Assembly: GCA_027340875.1 (NCBI GenBank)
Contig: DAIENX010000048.1
Location: 1-27,622 of the forward strand
DNA from: Elusimicrobiota bacterium
Lineage (GTDB): Bacteria; Elusimicrobiota; Elusimicrobia; Elusimicrobiales; UBA9959
DNA length: 27,622 bases
Reading direction: 5' to 3'
Part shown: positions 25,634-27,622 of the stretch, one piece after another
How positions within the stretch are numbered: the first letter of the stretch is position 1
Layout: each line of letters begins with the position of its first letter
Notes under the pieces: generated by a model
Seen by the model: the letters and a program-made list of their open reading frames with translations, nothing else
The model's database searches: none
Told to the model about the DNA's origin: nothing
Program-made: the position numbers and the translations under genes

Positions 25634-27177
25634 TTGTTTTTTTCCTTTAAAATTAAAAAATTAAATGGCGCAAAAAATTCTGCATTTTTAATTTTTTTGT
25701 CCCCGACTTTCACGTTCCGCACCAGGACGCCGAGGAGCCGTTTCTTGTCCGCGGCGTCCGGCTCTTTCTCCCCTATATTACCGTCGGAGAGGAACTTGCG
25801 CGCCCTCGCCAGATAGTCCGCGGATTTTTCGCGGTCTATCTGGCGCAAATCGTAGAAGGCCGCCAGTTTTTTCAGTTCTTCGCCTTTCTCCATCAGCTCT
25901 TTATTTGAAGCCTCAAAAACTTCCTTGGACATGAGGCCTTCTATGTAGGCGTCAGTCAATTTCGCCTGTTTGGCGAAATTGTCTGACAGGCCCTGGTGAA
26001 CCGCCTTTTTAGCCTCTTTTTCGTCTTCCGGCAGCTTTATGGGCGGCACGGTCATGTTCGGCCATCGGTTCCCAAATTCGTTACTTCTGAGCAACAGCTC
26101 CAGGAATAATTCAAGTTGCGGTTCAATGACTTCTGCCTTGATGCTCTTGTTGTGGCAGGTCTTATAACTGTTGGTTATTGAAGAGCAACGGTACCATTTC
26201 TTTGTGGCCTTGGTGCGGTGGTTGGAAACCGCGGACGCGCCCACGAACTTGTGATTGCAGTTGCCGCAGAACAGCAGGCCGGACAATAAGTAGTCCCCCG
26301 GTTTGGCCTGCCGGATGGTTATGCGTTTTTCAGCGTGAAGCTTTTGCGCTTGCGCAAAGGCTTCCGCGCTGATTATCGGGAGATGCCTGCCCTGGGCGGT
26401 AATAACCTCGCTGGCGGGGTTTTTGACGTATTTATAGCCCTTTGGTGTTCTCTTGGCCTTGTCGTAATGGTGGGTGTTCCAGACGATCTTGCCGGTATAG
26501 ATAGGGTTTTTAAGTATATCACCTATGGTTTTGGTGCCGAAATAGTTGCCCTTGCGGTTCCTTACGCCCTGCTTGGTAAGGGCCGCGCCTATGGATAAAG
26601 TGCTTTTGCCCTCCAGGTACATGGCGTAGATTTGCCGCACAACCTCGGCCTCGCTCTCAACCAGTTCCAGCAGCTTGGCCGGTTTGTTGTAGGCGTAACC
26701 GTAGGGCGCGTAGCGCGAACCCTGCCAGTTACCCTTTTGAACGCCTTTGACCATGCCGGGGAAAACGCGCTCCGCAATGCGGTTGCGCTCGAACTCGGCA
26801 AAACTGCCAAGTTGCTGAAACATAAGTTTACCGGCCGAGGTTGTGGTATCAAAGGGTTCCCCCGCCGACTTAAAGCCTACGCCGTAGCCGCAAAGCTCGT
26901 CCACCAGGATTAAGAGGTCTTTCAGGTTGCGGCTGAACCGGTCCAGTTTTGCTACCAGTACCAGCCCGAACTTGCCGCCTTTGGCGTCAGCCAAAAGTGC
27001 GGCAAGCGCGGGCCTGCGCGTGGTGGCGCCGCTGATGCCGTCGTCGGAGTAGACCTTGTAGATTTCGTGGCCTTCCCGTTTTACAAAAGCTTCGAGGGTT
27101 TCCCTCTGAACCTCAAGGGAATAGCCTTCCCTCGCCTGGTCTTCCGTGGATACTCGCAGATATAGAGCGGTCTTCAT
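25546..27177 (-). CDS. Large serine recombinase (resolvase catalytic, recombinase and zinc-ribbon domains)
   Basis: ALYLRVSTEDQ (catalytic Ser), DDGISG, KLDRFSRN, FAEFER, APYGY, ILKNPIYTG, LLSGLLFCGNC..YRC..C and a coiled coil. Codon usage visibly more AT-rich than host genes. Confidence 0.95.
   Translation of the reverse strand: MKTALYLRVSTEDQAREGYSLEVQRETLEAFVKREGHEIYKVYSDDGISGATTRRPALAALLADAKGGKFGLVLVAKLDRFSRNLKDLLILVDELCGYGVGFKSAGEPFDTTTSAGKLMFQQLGSFAEFERNRIAERVFPGMVKGVQKGNWQGSRYAPYGYAYNKPAKLLELVESEAEVVRQIYAMYLEGKSTLSIGAALTKQGVRNRKGNYFGTKTIGDILKNPIYTGKIVWNTHHYDKAKRTPKGYKYVKNPASEVITAQGRHLPIISAEAFAQAQKLHAEKRITIRQAKPGDYLLSGLLFCGNCNHKFVGASAVSNHRTKATKKWYRCSSITNSYKTCHNKSIKAEVIEPQLELFLELLLRSNEFGNRWPNMTVPPIKLPEDEKEAKKAVHQGLSDNFAKQAKLTDAYIEGLMSKEVFEASNKELMEKGEELKKLAAFYDLRQIDREKSADYLARARKFLSDGNIGEKEPDAADKKRLLGVLVRNVKVGDKKIKNAEFFAPFNFLILKEKNKCRNLKNVPPRPGRAGQHDGSVLSPSAAR
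25581..25620 (+). terminator. Plus-strand intrinsic-terminator-like hairpin inside the miaB/recombinase overlap
   Basis: 15-bp stem CGTGCTGCCCCGCCC/GGGCGGGGCGGCACG (G-U pair only on + strand), 5-nt loop, followed by TTTTT. Confidence 0.6.
25632..25699 (-). repeat. Left copy of >=68-bp perfect inverted repeat
   Basis: Exact reverse complement of 27555-27622. Confidence 0.95.
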
Positions 27178-27181
27178 ATGG

Positions 27182-27355
27182 CTACCTTATGGTTTCCTTC
27201 CACTTTTTGATTTTGCGTATATCCGCCTCAGTGAACACCGGGAAGTCTTTGTAATCACGCCCGGGCTTTATCCATCCGCGGCTTATCCAGTTGTAGAGGG
27301 TCTGGCGTGTTACGCGCAGCAGTTTGGCGGCTTCAACCATGTTGTAGCGCTTCAT
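27182..27355 (-). CDS. Small excisionase/MerR-like HTH protein (57 aa), candidate recombination directionality factor
   Basis: YNMVEAAKLLRVTRQTLYNWISRG and VFTEADI motifs; 4 bp upstream of the recombinase. ATG lies 6 nt after TATAAT (AAGACA-17-TATAAT). Confidence 0.85.
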   Translation of the reverse strand: MKRYNMVEAAKLLRVTRQTLYNWISRGWIKPGRDYKDFPVFTEADIRKIKKWKETIR

Positions 27356-27554
27356 AGAGATATTATACAAGGTTTTACACCCGTTGTCTTCTTCTTTTTC
27401 CCCGCTAATACCGGGGCAGCCCGGCTTGCCCGGGCTGTACCGGTTTTAGCTCCGCCTCTTCCGGGGGCTACATATAATTAACAGGAAAGCCAGCCAGGGC
27501 CGAGCGTACGCGAGGCCGGGGCGGGTTTTCAATCAACCGGTGGCCCCCGGTCTT

Positions 27555-27622
27555 CAAAAAAATTAAAAATGCAGAATTTTTTGCGCCATTTAATTTTTTA
27601 ATTTTAAAGGAAAAAAACAAAT
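27555..27622 (+). repeat. Right copy of >=68-bp perfect inverted repeat (runs to the window end)
   Basis: CAAAAAAATTAAAAATGCAGAATTTTTTGCGCCATTTAATTTTTTAATTTTAAAGGAAAAAAACAAAT. Confidence 0.95.

Larger units (their letters stand above)
25546..27622. mobile_element. HTH plus large-serine-recombinase module at the miaB 5' end (invertible segment or end of an integrated element)
   Basis: Lower GC, recombinase plus RDF-like gene, overlap with the miaB start, and flanking inverted repeats. Confidence 0.7.

Noticed and set aside
27523..27555. In-frame NRWP peptide before the right repeat, also present in the recombinase (possible deleted second copy)
   Set aside because: Only four residues match and the flanking DNA does not align; consistent with chance.
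25632..27622. IS element with terminal inverted repeats
   Set aside because: No DDE or HUH transposase; the left repeat lies inside the recombinase coding sequence rather than outside it; no target duplication visible.

Overview
GC-rich chromosomal segment of a diderm bacterium. The gene style resembles Elusimicrobiota, but that is inference only. It appears to span the replication terminus: six + strand genes (plsC, rpsA, TPR protein, peptidase-WD40-Omp85 protein, secreted HEAT protein, small membrane protein) converge with about 24 - strand genes on a clear Xer dif site at 7803-7830, inside a ~1 kb non-coding AT-rich region. The - strand arm carries a winged-helix-like orphan, three outer-membrane beta-barrels, a YfgM-like TPR protein, tRNA-Arg, apt, a group-2-like sigma factor, acyP, two tRNA-Pro genes, a glycolipid glycosyltransferase, perR-ahpC (copZ divergent), a secreted serpin, and merR/ihf/DUF151/plsY/hflX/miaA/pilZ/miaB. 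At the right end, a lower-GC module (small HTH gene plus large serine recombinase) overlaps the 5' end of miaB. It is bracketed by a perfect inverted repeat of at least 68 bp (25632-25699 and 27555-27622) containing the miaB RBS and start-codon region. This is a candidate self-inverting switch or an integrated element that replaces the miaB start. Other notable signals: helically phased motif arrays on both sides of dif, and a tRNA-Pro enclosed in a 14-bp inverted repeat.
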